Positions 36,808-45,440 of a stretch of 64,000 nucleotides of DNA are shown here, in pieces; position 1 is the first letter of the stretch, and each line of letters starts with the position of its first letter. Made by a program: the position numbers and the translations under genes. The stretch spans positions 45,220 to 109,219 of the forward strand of contig JAAUZM010000027.1 of the NCBI GenBank assembly GCA_014804605.1, read 5' to 3'. The DNA comes from Lachnospiraceae bacterium (lineage in GTDB: Bacteria; Bacillota; Clostridia; Lachnospirales; Lachnospiraceae). The notes below the pieces were generated by a model. It saw only the letters and a list, made by a program, of their open reading frames with translations, had not been told where the DNA came from and did no database searches.

Positions 36808-36906
36808 CCACTTTCCAACCTCCCATCCAACTATCACAAGAACATAGCGGCATATAGTATCAATTATGTCACTATGCGTTCTTTTGATTTTCTTTATAAA
36901 TAGCAT
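36796..36906 (-). CDS. possible 36-aa peptide
   Basis: MLFIKKIKRTHSDIIDTICRYVLVIVGWEVGKWLFF*; GGAGGTG 6 nt upstream; overlaps the 3' end of the convergent plus-strand gene. Confidence 0.25.
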   Translation of the reverse strand: MLFIKKIKRTHSDIIDTICRYVLVIVGWEVGKWLFF

Positions 36907-36930
36907 TCCTTTCACCTCCACAAAATTTAA

Positions 36931-37071
36931 TTACCTGCCTGTGGTCTCTTTCACATTCTTTAATGCATTCTTCTCTGATACTTTTATATAGACAGGTTTA
37001 TGGTCGCCTTCTGCTCTTGGTACCGCGATCTTCTCTATCCTGTCCTGCGTTTCCCGTCTCTGGATCTCCAC
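36931..37071 (-). CDS. possible 46-aa protein with GTG start
   Basis: (M)EIQRRETQDRIEKIAVPRAEGDHKPVYIKVSEKNALKNVKETTGR*; AAGGAG 8 nt upstream of the GTG. Confidence 0.3.
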   Translation of the reverse strand: MEIQRRETQDRIEKIAVPRAEGDHKPVYIKVSEKNALKNVKETTGR

Positions 37072-37162
37072 AAATGTCACTCCTTTCTGGGCGGCTTTAC
37101 TGTTTTAAATGCCGTAAGGGTAGTATCTGTCTGTTTTCTTCCCATCGTTATTCTCCTTCCGT

Positions 37163-37519
37163 TTAAAAAAAATCATACTTCCTGTACACCAGCTTCTCCC
37201 GGTCCCATTCCGGATAATGTGCCCGCAGGTATGTCTCAAACATTGCCAGCATCTCCTGTCTCAGTCCTTTATTTCCATTGTCCAGAAGTTCATGATGTTC
37301 CCGGCATCCCAGTGCGCCATTCTGTTCGATCCCCAGACCCATCTGTGATCTGGGGATGAAATGCATGATATCCTTTTCCGGGATCATGCCTGATATGTAT
37401 TCCATGTGGTAGCCCATAACGCAGAAGATACATTCCCCGTGATCCCTTTCGTGGATACGCTTTCGGGTCTTCTGATCAAATTGGAGCTTTCTGGTGTACT
37501 TATGCGGTCTCTTTGCCAT
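37163..37519 (-). CDS. HNH endonuclease
   Basis: 118 aa; HERDHGECIFC ... MHFIPRSQ ... CREHHELLDNG (HNH with a Cys pair). Confidence 0.8.
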   Translation of the reverse strand: MAKRPHKYTRKLQFDQKTRKRIHERDHGECIFCVMGYHMEYISGMIPEKDIMHFIPRSQMGLGIEQNGALGCREHHELLDNGNKGLRQEMLAMFETYLRAHYPEWDREKLVYRKYDFF

Positions 37520-37521
37520 GG

Positions 37522-39087
37522 CTACTCCTCCGGTGCTTCGTCTATGGCTGCTGCCACGGGATTGTCTGCAACATCCAATTCCTGTATCTTATGTATTGTG
37601 CCTCTAACAGCTTCCAGCCACTTCTCCGCGTTCTGATACTCTCCCCGCTCCGTCAGAATGTAGACCTTGTCCAGATTATCCTTCAAGGCAATGAGGTAAC
37701 CACCAACGGCATCCAGCTTCTGTTCTACCGCCGTGTTATCCGGCATACACTGCGGCACATCTCCAATGCTTATCTGTCCATCAACGTCTTGCATGAGGAC
37801 TGCTGCCGGCGGCTCGGTTGCAGTACCCGCAGCGCTTCCCATAACTGCCTCTGTGTTTCCGCTTCCGGCTCCAGATGCAGCGTCTGCCGATTCAGGATCA
37901 TTGCCGTCGATGTTAGGCGGTACACAGTCCGTGCCGTCCGTTTCTTCCGGAATCCTGCTGCCGGCGTCAGGTTCATAAATATCACTTCCCATGCCAGACG
38001 TACCGTCCTGCCGATTTTCTGTGTTATTTTCCGGTTGCACCGGTGCAACTTCCATATTTTCATCACGGCTCTGATCCTCTTCCTTCTGTTCTGTGGTTTC
38101 CTGTGCCTGCACATTATCGTTGACCTTCGTAAGACTGTTGTCTTCCTTGGTCTTCTCGGGCGTTTGCGGCTTCGATACGGTCACGCGGCCGGGCTTTTTC
38201 TGTGCCTGTTTCGCTTCCCGGTCCGGTTGCACCGGTGCAACTTCCTTCTTTTCCTCCGGGAACTCCTCTCCGTATAGTATTTTCCAGCTTTCTTTCGCAT
38301 CATTCCCTTCACACAGAGACTCCATGTCAGCGATAAATTCATCCCATGTGCAGGTTTCTTTTTCTCCCGACCTTACATTGACTACCGTCGGATCAGCGCC
38401 GGCGCCTTTAATGCTCAGCAGCATTTTTCCTTCTCCCGGAATCCTCACGCTGACCATCCCTTCACCGGCGGGCGCGAGGGCATCCACCAGTTTATTTACC
38501 ACGGGCGCGTTCGATCCGTCATATACCGTATTCGCAACGGCATCGTACAGCTGCAGGTACAGCTCCGGCCGGTCGCGTCCGATCTGGTAGAGGACTTTTC
38601 CGAACAGCGTGTACTCCTGCTGCCGCTCATCCTGCTTCTCCAGCATGACTTCTATGTCCGTGCGTTTCTGCTCTTCATCGATCTCTGCCCTTATCGTCTG
38701 TATTTCTGACTTGCTGTAATCCGCGGTCAGTTCCTCATTGACTGCTGCCGGCAGTGTAAGCATGATCGCCAGCTTCGCATATCCAAAATTCCTGTATTTC
38801 TCCTGCAGGCTGTCGGAATACCCGCCCTCGGAGTATTCGTCATTGATCCGGATGAATCTCGATACCTGTGACTTGTCCAGATCGTACTCCGCTTCTGCAA
38901 ACTCATTGACGCTCCCATAACCGGATTCTTTTAATATATCCGTGTCCCTTGCGACCTTGAGCAGATACCCGATCCGCACGAAGCTCTCCGCGGATTTCTG
39001 CAGCTCCGTGTCTACTGCTGCCTTATACTCCTGATAACTGCCGTATTCATTGTTGATATTTAATACTTCTCCCGTTAATGGTTCCAT
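37522..39087 (-). CDS. early protein: DUF3102-like HTH N-domain, long acidic disordered region, helical C-domain
   Basis: Start trimmed to MEPLTGEV (ATG 39087, AAGGAG 5 nt upstream). SFVRIGYLLKVARDTDILKESGYGSVNEFAEAEYDLDKSQVSRFIRINDEY. Contains palindrome copies 4 and 5. Confidence 0.6.
   Translation of the reverse strand: MEPLTGEVLNINNEYGSYQEYKAAVDTELQKSAESFVRIGYLLKVARDTDILKESGYGSVNEFAEAEYDLDKSQVSRFIRINDEYSEGGYSDSLQEKYRNFGYAKLAIMLTLPAAVNEELTADYSKSEIQTIRAEIDEEQKRTDIEVMLEKQDERQQEYTLFGKVLYQIGRDRPELYLQLYDAVANTVYDGSNAPVVNKLVDALAPAGEGMVSVRIPGEGKMLLSIKGAGADPTVVNVRSGEKETCTWDEFIADMESLCEGNDAKESWKILYGEEFPEEKKEVAPVQPDREAKQAQKKPGRVTVSKPQTPEKTKEDNSLTKVNDNVQAQETTEQKEEDQSRDENMEVAPVQPENNTENRQDGTSGMGSDIYEPDAGSRIPEETDGTDCVPPNIDGNDPESADAASGAGSGNTEAVMGSAAGTATEPPAAVLMQDVDGQISIGDVPQCMPDNTAVEQKLDAVGGYLIALKDNLDKVYILTERGEYQNAEKWLEAVRGTIHKIQELDVADNPVAAAIDEAPEE
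38034..38049. repeat. 16-bp perfect palindrome GTTGCACCGGTGCAAC, copy 4 of 7
   Basis: Exact match; the extended CCGGTTGCACCGGTGCAACTTCC is shared with copy 5; read as VAPVQ. Confidence 0.95.
38226..38241. repeat. 16-bp perfect palindrome GTTGCACCGGTGCAAC, copy 5 of 7
   Basis: Exact match, 192 bp from copy 4; read as VAPVQ. Confidence 0.95.
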
Positions 39088-39103
39088 ATGTTCTCCTTTC
39101 TGC

Positions 39104-41311
39104 TCAGAATGCTGCTGCCATGAAATCAGCTTCCAGCACATCCGCCAGCAGCTTGCCGGCCAGCGGTCCGCGCCATATCTTATTGCCGTCCTTACGCAGT
39201 TTTGCATATTCCGCGATCCGTGCTTGGTTTGCCTTTTCCCCGAGTTTCTTTTCCTCTGCCGTCAGCCGCTTCACAAAAACCTTCTGCCATTTCTTTAAAA
39301 ACTTCACTGCCACTTCGAGATCGCTGTTTTGTCTGTCGCCGGTGGTGCGCTTCTGGCGGATATTGCCATTAGGTTCTACTTCCAACGTGTACCACGGGAT
39401 ATCCTTGTGGGCTGCCCTCCGCAGGAAGAACAGATAGGATTCATCCTTCCCGATCCGGTCAAAGTAAAACTCGCAGGTATGTACACAATGCTGCAGTATC
39501 CTTCCTTCCCTCACAATGTCTAAAATGCTTTCCGGTGCCAGAATCGCGAAATCCTTATCCTCATACTCAAATTTTTTAAGTTTGGGAAGATTGCCGTTTA
39601 CCTTCGGCCATTCCTTTTCCAGATTTTTTGCCTCTTTCTCCATTTCGCCTTTCTGCAGGATCATGACTACTTCATCATGGGCGGCTGTCAGGTCCTTCGG
39701 TTTCCATATTCTTTCATTGTGCGTATCCATCTTCGCTCTTTCCGCCATGTTGATGTAGTCGGCCCAGGTATTTTTCATCTCCAACATGGTTCTGTCCGCC
39801 ATCACGGACTGTTTTTTCAGATAGTTCCTGATTTTTACCGGGCTTGTATATGCATATACGGGCGGCGGCAGGAAATTAAATTCCGCCGTATGGAATCTGC
39901 TGTCTGCAAAATCTCCAATCACATCATCCGGCCATATGGTGTCTGACCGCTTTTCAAACTGATACCATTCGAGATGTATGATTCCTCCGTCCACTGCCCG
40001 GAGCCTTTGCAGTCTCGCCCTGTCAATTTCCAGTATTTTTGCCAGTTCCGTCTCATCGTTCTTCAATCTGGTCAGCTTACCGATGTTGCAAAGCAGATCC
40101 TTTGCAAGCCGGAACATCCCGATCTTTGCAAGTTTCTCAATTACGGGATAGTGCCTTTCTATGGACAGATATCTTTCCGTTGAAATCGGAAGATCCTCCC
40201 ACAGATCCACTGCGCTGTTTTTAAGTATTGTCTTTTTGAGCGCTGTAAGATTCCTTGTATACAGTTTCGTCATCAGGCTCTCGTATATGGTCCCGCCCTG
40301 CATCCAGTAATCCTGCTCCGGCATGAATCTTTCATACTTGTTTTTATACAATTGCCAGACATATCTCCTGACGCTGCCATCATCCATGGTCAGTGTGCGT
40401 GCCTGCTCGTGCGTGTGTATCTCCGGATTTCTGTAATCTCCCTTACGGTAGACCTTCCGCTGCCTGAAAGTTCTGATAACAATCCCGCCGCAGATCCGCT
40501 GTATGGCCTGCCCGGTATACGGCCGCGTCCTGATTGTGCCTGCTTTTCCTTCTGCTTTATATTGGACCTGTACACCGCACCGCCTGCAGAATCCCTCTTT
40601 ATTGTGCCGCGGCTTTGTAACCGGCACCATCCTGCCACAGTATGTACAATACCCCTCGTCAGTTCCGTTTCTGTCATACTGGTAGAATATAAAGTGCTCC
40701 CTGGCCGCTTCTTTCTTCATCCAGCTGACAAATGACGGGAATATCTCCGGTACCAGCGCCATGTCTGCATCCCATGGTGCCTGCTCCCGCTTCTCCTTTT
40801 CCTCAATCTTTTTCCGCTTCACATTCCGCTGCCAGTCCACCAGCCCCCAGATACCTCTCTCCTGTGTTCCCAGAAAACGCTTTATGGTATCCATCCCTTC
40901 CCGGTTCTGCCATACCCGTTTTTCCATTCCTTTATACCAGCGTCTGTCGTTCATGAACGAAGGCATTAATTCAAGGTTGTCCGCCATGGCAATGCTCCAT
41001 CCTTTCTCTTTCCCTTTCCGAAGCACTCTGGTGATGTATTCATTTCCTTCCGGATTGCAATAGATCTCGTAGGCCGGCGTCTTCTCCCCCTTTGCAATGT
41101 CCCACGGAAAGAATATGCATACCATCAGATACGGGCCTCTGGTCTGGCACCTCACAAATATGTCGTACAGGCTGCTCATCCTTTTTTTATGGCCCCTCTC
41201 CCATCCAAGCATTGCCTCATATGCCACCGCTTGTTTATTCTCTTTTGCCATCCGGACCATCTTGGGAGTCGCATAGATCCGTTTTAAGTTCCTCAGCTCT
41301 TCTTTCCGCAT
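39104..41311 (-). CDS. PcfJ-like large early protein
   Basis: 735 aa; zinc ribbon CTYCGRMVPVTKPRHNKEGFCRRCG; C-terminal ILQHCVHTCEFYFDRIGKDESYLFFLRR...PWYTLEV resembles the PcfJ-like domain as I recall it. Confidence 0.55.
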   Translation of the reverse strand: MRKEELRNLKRIYATPKMVRMAKENKQAVAYEAMLGWERGHKKRMSSLYDIFVRCQTRGPYLMVCIFFPWDIAKGEKTPAYEIYCNPEGNEYITRVLRKGKEKGWSIAMADNLELMPSFMNDRRWYKGMEKRVWQNREGMDTIKRFLGTQERGIWGLVDWQRNVKRKKIEEKEKREQAPWDADMALVPEIFPSFVSWMKKEAAREHFIFYQYDRNGTDEGYCTYCGRMVPVTKPRHNKEGFCRRCGVQVQYKAEGKAGTIRTRPYTGQAIQRICGGIVIRTFRQRKVYRKGDYRNPEIHTHEQARTLTMDDGSVRRYVWQLYKNKYERFMPEQDYWMQGGTIYESLMTKLYTRNLTALKKTILKNSAVDLWEDLPISTERYLSIERHYPVIEKLAKIGMFRLAKDLLCNIGKLTRLKNDETELAKILEIDRARLQRLRAVDGGIIHLEWYQFEKRSDTIWPDDVIGDFADSRFHTAEFNFLPPPVYAYTSPVKIRNYLKKQSVMADRTMLEMKNTWADYINMAERAKMDTHNERIWKPKDLTAAHDEVVMILQKGEMEKEAKNLEKEWPKVNGNLPKLKKFEYEDKDFAILAPESILDIVREGRILQHCVHTCEFYFDRIGKDESYLFFLRRAAHKDIPWYTLEVEPNGNIRQKRTTGDRQNSDLEVAVKFLKKWQKVFVKRLTAEEKKLGEKANQARIAEYAKLRKDGNKIWRGPLAGKLLADVLEADFMAAAF

Positions 41312-41865
41312 ATCTTTCCTCCCCTGATCCCGTACCAGGCACCCGCCTTATATTCCTCACCGTCGATAAATACCGGGTAAACCGCTTCAATCGCCCCCGA
41401 TCCTTTTGCTTCTTTCAGCAGGAAGATCCATGATCCTTTTACGCCTGCTGCCTGCGGATTTTTTCCGCGGACGATCACAAAGTCTCCCTCCTGTCCGCAT
41501 TCACCTTTATCCCTTGTCGCATAACCGGAGTTCTCCATTTTCCGCTCCGGATATTTCTGCATATACAGGCAGGCATGTGCGGCCAGTTTGATCCGATCGA
41601 TCTCGCGAAGCAGCGTCAGCTTTGTGCAGGATATCCTCGATCCCTCGCCATCCTGATTGATATCGCCTGCTGCCTCCACGATAAAAAACCGCGCATCCAT
41701 TGCCCAGTAATAGCCCAGCGCGCAGAGAGGGTTTTCCGCGCAGTGGAATCCGTTATGGGCGCATTTACACTCTGACTCCTCATAGGTCTGCCCCGGCTCA
41801 AACTGGAAAACGCCGTTTCCCATGGTCGCCTGCAGCTTACTGTTAAATCCTTTGTATGCCAGCAT
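41293..41865 (-). CDS. hypothetical early protein
   Basis: Start trimmed to MLAYKGFNSKLQ (ATG 41865, AGGAGGTG upstream); cysteine/histidine-rich core ESECKCAHNGFHCAENP. Confidence 0.5.
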   Translation of the reverse strand: MLAYKGFNSKLQATMGNGVFQFEPGQTYEESECKCAHNGFHCAENPLCALGYYWAMDARFFIVEAAGDINQDGEGSRISCTKLTLLREIDRIKLAAHACLYMQKYPERKMENSGYATRDKGECGQEGDFVIVRGKNPQAAGVKGSWIFLLKEAKGSGAIEAVYPVFIDGEEYKAGAWYGIRGGKICGKKS

Positions 41866-41878
41866 TGCCTGCACCTCC

Positions 41879-42385
41879 TTACTTCGTGTAATAATTACGG
41901 ATGATCTGCTTTGCCCTGGCATTGGTGAGCCCGTCCAGATACAGCGGTCCGCGCAGCGTCTCCAGTTTTCCGTTATGTCTTACCATGGTCACGTTGACGA
42001 TCTTATCGCTGACCTGCGTTTTTGTTCCGAACGAATCGCTGATCATGGCGCTTATGCATGCACAAAGGCTTTTCCCTTTCCTCCTGACACCATCGCAAAC
42101 CCGTCTGTCTTCTGCACACAGGCAAAGTACCAGGTTCTTCCAGTCTATAAGTTTTCCTTCCAGCTGCAGATCCCTGCCCTCGACGAGCAGCTTGCCCGTT
42201 GCCGCCATGAGCGGAGTTGCCAGACATTCCTCCTCGCCTGTGATATATGCATCTGCGTCCTCTGTGTCTATACCGTTTTCCGCTGCAAGTGTGAGGATTC
42301 CATCTGTGTCTGCTGCTTCCAGCAGTTCTTTCGCTTTTTTGTTTATCTCATCTGCTGAATCAAATTCTCCAAATCTTTCAAACAT
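41879..42385 (-). CDS. PcfK-like protein (the family that includes AcrIIA9-type Cas9 inhibitors)
   Basis: 168 aa; N-terminus FDSADEINKKAKELLEAADTDGILTLAAENGIDTEDADAYITGE; neighbour of the PcfJ-like gene. Assignment from memory. Confidence 0.45.
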   Translation of the reverse strand: MFERFGEFDSADEINKKAKELLEAADTDGILTLAAENGIDTEDADAYITGEEECLATPLMAATGKLLVEGRDLQLEGKLIDWKNLVLCLCAEDRRVCDGVRRKGKSLCACISAMISDSFGTKTQVSDKIVNVTMVRHNGKLETLRGPLYLDGLTNARAKQIIRNYYTK

Positions 42386-42404
42386 ATCATGATCTCCTTT
42401 CTTT

Positions 42405-42902
42405 TCATGTCTGTGTATTCCATTCCGGTGTTTCTATCTCTACATAGCCTGCTGCCGGCATCCCGTGTTCCCTCTCCAGTTCTTTCCTGAGCCTGTCCTG
42501 CATGCACTGCCGGTATTCGTGCGGCCTGTCCGTCCACTCCTCCATGTGATGTTCCAGAAGCAGGGCACACCGGTTCCATGCTTCCGCGTTCCTGATCGGA
42601 TTCCCCTTTGCGTTGGTCCATCCGTTCTTCTGCCACTGTGCAAGCCAGTGGTTCTGCATGGTCCGCAGAACGTGTCCGCATTCAGTAAATACTACAGCGC
42701 AGCATGTTTTCGTCAGGATGGAAAAAGCCTTTTCGATCAGGCACAGTGCTAAATCGTTCTCAGTGGTGCAGTCCGAATAAATGATGCCGCCCCTTGTGAC
42801 GGGTTTACCAGTGGATATGATATATTCCACGATCCACGCGCCTGCCGCGCGTCTGGTGGCGGGTCCTTTAAAAGATGTCTCTATGTAGATGTTCACATTC
42901 AT
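42405..42902 (-). CDS. RNase H-like domain protein
   Basis: 165 aa; IYIETSFKG...TENDLALCLIEKA...WQKNGWTNAKGNPIRNAEAW layout of RNase HI. The first acidic residue is not a canonical D. Confidence 0.55.
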   Translation of the reverse strand: MNVNIYIETSFKGPATRRAAGAWIVEYIISTGKPVTRGGIIYSDCTTENDLALCLIEKAFSILTKTCCAVVFTECGHVLRTMQNHWLAQWQKNGWTNAKGNPIRNAEAWNRCALLLEHHMEEWTDRPHEYRQCMQDRLRKELEREHGMPAAGYVEIETPEWNTQT

Positions 42903-43729
42903 CCGCTGTCACCTTCCTTCCCGTCCGTCATCACCCCTGCTCCCGACATATGTGTCGCGACCAATGCATGCTTTAATCCTCCCTGCCCGGTAGTTATCAG
43001 CTTTTTCAGGGTGTAGTGCTGTACGGGCTGTCCGGTCACCGGATTCTCGCCGTTCCAGATACTGTCCTTGACCACGTACCAGCCTTTTGGCGCCACAGGC
43101 GGATTGCGCCACCGCCTGTGATGTTTGATCTCCACCTTTGGCTTCGGCATAACCAGATTGCCCCGGCTCCTTGAATAGGTGCACCATCCGCATTCATCCT
43201 TGGTCTCCGCCTTGACTATGTATTCCGCCAGATCTTCATACTCGCCGTCCTCGTACAGTGAGGAAAAGAACTGTCCTCCGTGGGTCCACAGCTTTTTTAC
43301 CAGCTCCGTGGTCCTGATCCCGTTACGGTCTATGTCCTCGATGATCAGATGGTGGTGCAGGACCTGTTTTTTCTTTCCCCGCTCGGTAACGGCGATCCAT
43401 TTAAAAGTGAGCCCTGCCTTTTTGTATGCCTCCCTCATTAGGGCCAGAAACCGCGCCCGCTGCTTCACTGCTTCTTTGTAGGTCTCCGGCCGGCTGTCCT
43501 TTGCGTACTTCAGGATCAGATGCCAGTCGCCCAGATGGAAGTTGCCGAGGATCAGAAGCTGCACCTTCCGGCAGCGGTTCCTGTGGTTCTGTTTTTTGAT
43601 ATCCTCCGGTGTCCTCTTCTGCCTGCCGTTCCTCTTCTGCCCCGGGGCTCCATAGTTACCCGGAATGCATTTCCTTATTATCCTTATGACACCCATGTCA
43701 TATGTTGTCTGTCTATAGATCGATACCAT
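42899..43729 (-). CDS. HUH-type rolling-circle replication initiator-like protein
   Basis: WHLILKY (motif 1-like), VLHHHLII (HUH), LAEYIVKA (Tyr motif). Start uncertain: AAGGAG abuts the ATG. Confidence 0.45.
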   Translation of the reverse strand: MVSIYRQTTYDMGVIRIIRKCIPGNYGAPGQKRNGRQKRTPEDIKKQNHRNRCRKVQLLILGNFHLGDWHLILKYAKDSRPETYKEAVKQRARFLALMREAYKKAGLTFKWIAVTERGKKKQVLHHHLIIEDIDRNGIRTTELVKKLWTHGGQFFSSLYEDGEYEDLAEYIVKAETKDECGWCTYSRSRGNLVMPKPKVEIKHHRRWRNPPVAPKGWYVVKDSIWNGENPVTGQPVQHYTLKKLITTGQGGLKHALVATHMSGAGVMTDGKEGDSG

Positions 43730-43807
43730 CTCCTTATATTTGTAATATTATGGCTAACTTTAATATCTTAATTGCCACTGAAAACCGCAGAAAATCACGG
43801 TTTTTTC

Positions 43808-43836
43808 TTGACTTCTGCGGTCCCGGATGGTATCAT
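43808..43836 (+). promoter_or_regulatory. strong sigma-A consensus-like promoter antisense to the early operon
   Basis: TTGACT, 17-nt spacer, TGgTATCAT (extended -10). Confidence 0.45.
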
Positions 43837-43880
43837 ATTTTTAGGTGAATATGTTCCATTCGGAACCGGAAATCGCTCTG

Positions 43881-44153
43881 CTATGCAGGGCTTTTTCTAT
43901 GCACTTTTTTCTTTTTCCCACCGCCGGCATCTGCCAGCCGGAGTTCGATATCGATACGGCCCTCCTGACTTCCCTTTCCGTCCCGGATCATCCGTACTTC
44001 CCTCCGCAGGTATTCTTCCGGTATCTGCCTGCTCATTCCGCTGTACAGATCCCGGTATTGGACAGACAGCATGTCTTCCCTGCCTCCGTTTGGCACTTCC
44101 TCGTACAGAGTCGCTTCCCCGCTCAGTACACTCTGCAGTTCTCCTACTGTCAT
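43881..44153 (-). CDS. hypothetical early protein
   Basis: Start trimmed to MTVGELQS (ATG 44153, GGAAAGGAGGAG upstream); 90 aa. Confidence 0.5.
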   Translation of the reverse strand: MTVGELQSVLSGEATLYEEVPNGGREDMLSVQYRDLYSGMSRQIPEEYLRREVRMIRDGKGSQEGRIDIELRLADAGGGKKKKVHRKSPA

Positions 44154-44168
44154 AGGCTCCTCCTTTCC

Positions 44169-44184
44169 GTTGCACCGGTGCAAC
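44169..44184. repeat. 16-bp perfect palindrome GTTGCACCGGTGCAAC, copy 6 of 7 (intergenic)
   Basis: Exact match; spans from the last base of the upstream TAG stop to 3 nt before the next SD. Confidence 0.95.
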
Positions 44185-44579
44185 TACGCTCCATTACCGT
44201 AAATCTCATACGGAGAATGTGCCGCGCCCGACCTGTCCTGTCTTGTCCAGACATCGGAATCATAATCCTGCGTGGTGTTCGGGTTCCCAGGATATGGTTG
44301 TACTTCAAATGACTGGTTCGCCCGGATACACTCACCGTAGGCACGGCTCACAAGCTCTTCATCAAACAGTCCCCTCTCTATGGGCTCCTCATCGTTTTTG
44401 TATGGCCTGTTGCCAAAAAGCACCGCCATGTCAGATTCCGGAAGCTCCATAAACACCGCCATATGGCTGGCGCTGTCGTATGCATATTTTGCCTGCGGCC
44501 ACTTCTTTTCCCGGAAGTACCGCTTAAAATCTTCCGCCCTTGCGAATATCTTTTCCCTAATCTGCTCCGCTGTCAGCAT
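44184..44579 (-). CDS. hypothetical early protein
   Basis: 131 aa; GGAGGAGGAA SD. Confidence 0.55.
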   Translation of the reverse strand: MLTAEQIREKIFARAEDFKRYFREKKWPQAKYAYDSASHMAVFMELPESDMAVLFGNRPYKNDEEPIERGLFDEELVSRAYGECIRANQSFEVQPYPGNPNTTQDYDSDVWTRQDRSGAAHSPYEIYGNGA

Positions 44580-44793
44580 GGTCTATTCCTCCTCTCCCGG
44601 ATGCTTGTCCATCTTCATCACACAAATCTGCACCGTCTTCTGCTTCTTCTCTCCGCTTCGCCAAGGCCATGGCTATAATGCCGCCGATGGTAATTACTGC
44701 CGCGTCTACAAGTCCCGTCATATTTTCCGTTTCAATCCCTCCGGCCACGCCTGCCATACCGAACAGAAGCGCAACAAATGATATGTATGCCAT
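44557..44793 (-). CDS. small membrane protein
   Basis: 78 aa; two hydrophobic segments; GAGAGGA SD. Confidence 0.45.
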   Translation of the reverse strand: MAYISFVALLFGMAGVAGGIETENMTGLVDAAVITIGGIIAMALAKRREEAEDGADLCDEDGQASGRGGIDHADSGAD

Positions 44794-44814
44794 GGCTTGT
44801 CCTCTCTGACCGGC

Positions 44815-44955
44815 TTACGCCGGTGCCTCTGTTTCAGGTTTCTTTTCCTTTGGCCGAAGAATATACTCTACTTGTACACCTTCCTGTTTTGCGTAAAGAT
44901 CGATCAGGCTGCGATACACCTTATCTGTCAACCGTTCACGACTTGCTTCATCCAT
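44815..44955 (-). CDS. small early protein (46 aa), first gene of the leftward early operon
   Basis: Hand-translated as MDEASRERLTDKVYRSLIDLYAKQEGVQVEYILRPKEKKPETEAPA*; AAAGGAGGTG 9 nt upstream. Confidence 0.4.
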   Translation of the reverse strand: MDEASRERLTDKVYRSLIDLYAKQEGVQVEYILRPKEKKPETEAPA

Positions 44956-45028
44956 ATATGCAGCCACCTCCTTTATTCACAATCTATGTGGCACTGGTTG
45001 TACAACTTGCTTGCTAATCTTCATTATG

Positions 45029-45048
45029 TCCTATCGATGTGGTACAAT
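45029..45048 (+). promoter_or_regulatory. promoter/operator box TCCTATCGATGTGGTACAAT (extended -10 TGgTACAAT)
   Basis: 19 of 20 nt identical to 45630-45649; 50 nt upstream of the 45099 start. A third, partial copy ATGTGGCAC lies at 44986-44994. Confidence 0.5.
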
Positions 45049-45098
45049 CTCCTTACAGGCTCCCGCCAGAGCCAAGTACAAAAGAAAGGAGATTCCAT

Positions 45099-45260
45099 AT
45101 GAGTAGCAATACTTATGTAATTGAAAAAACCGTCGAAATTACCGTCGCACGAATGGCAAATACTAATCTCACCATCAGCGAAGCCGGTGGAAAGGATGTT
45201 GCCGCCTTTATGCAGGCAATCTATGACAAGTTGTCTGAATTAGTCACGAAAGAACATTAG
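45099..45260 (+). CDS. small switch-region protein (53 aa)
   Basis: Start trimmed to MSSNTYVIEK (ATG 45099, AAGGAG upstream). Confidence 0.45.
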   Translation: MSSNTYVIEKTVEITVARMANTNLTISEAGGKDVAAFMQAIYDKLSELVTKEH

Positions 45261-45400
45261 TTCATTGCGGCTCTTGCTGATATCAAATTAGCGAAAGCCG
45301 TACTCTTTTCTGCGACCTCATGTTGAAACTCATCTTCACTCTTTAAAATGTTGATGATGTGATCTGTCAAGTCATTAATAAGCTGATCTACTTTCTCCAT
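45257..45400 (-). CDS. small switch-region protein (47 aa)
   Basis: Start trimmed to MEKVDQLINDL (ATG 45400, GGGGAGGTGAGAAGG upstream). Confidence 0.4.
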   Translation of the reverse strand: MEKVDQLINDLTDHIINILKSEDEFQHEVAEKSTAFANLISARAAMN

Positions 45401-45440
45401 CCTTCTCACCTCCCCTCGCATTCCCGTACATGATCCCACG

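Noticed and set aside
37513-38590. Plus-strand ORFs of 254 and 165 aa.
   Set aside because: They are antisense to the 521-aa early gene. They stay open only because the acidic low-complexity coding strand lacks complementary stops.
43772-44312. Plus-strand ORFs of 127 and 155 aa downstream of the antisense promoter.
   Set aside because: Their composition (F, L, P, S, R) is not protein-like, and they mirror minus-strand genes with strong SD sites. The promoter is kept as a finding, but not these ORFs.
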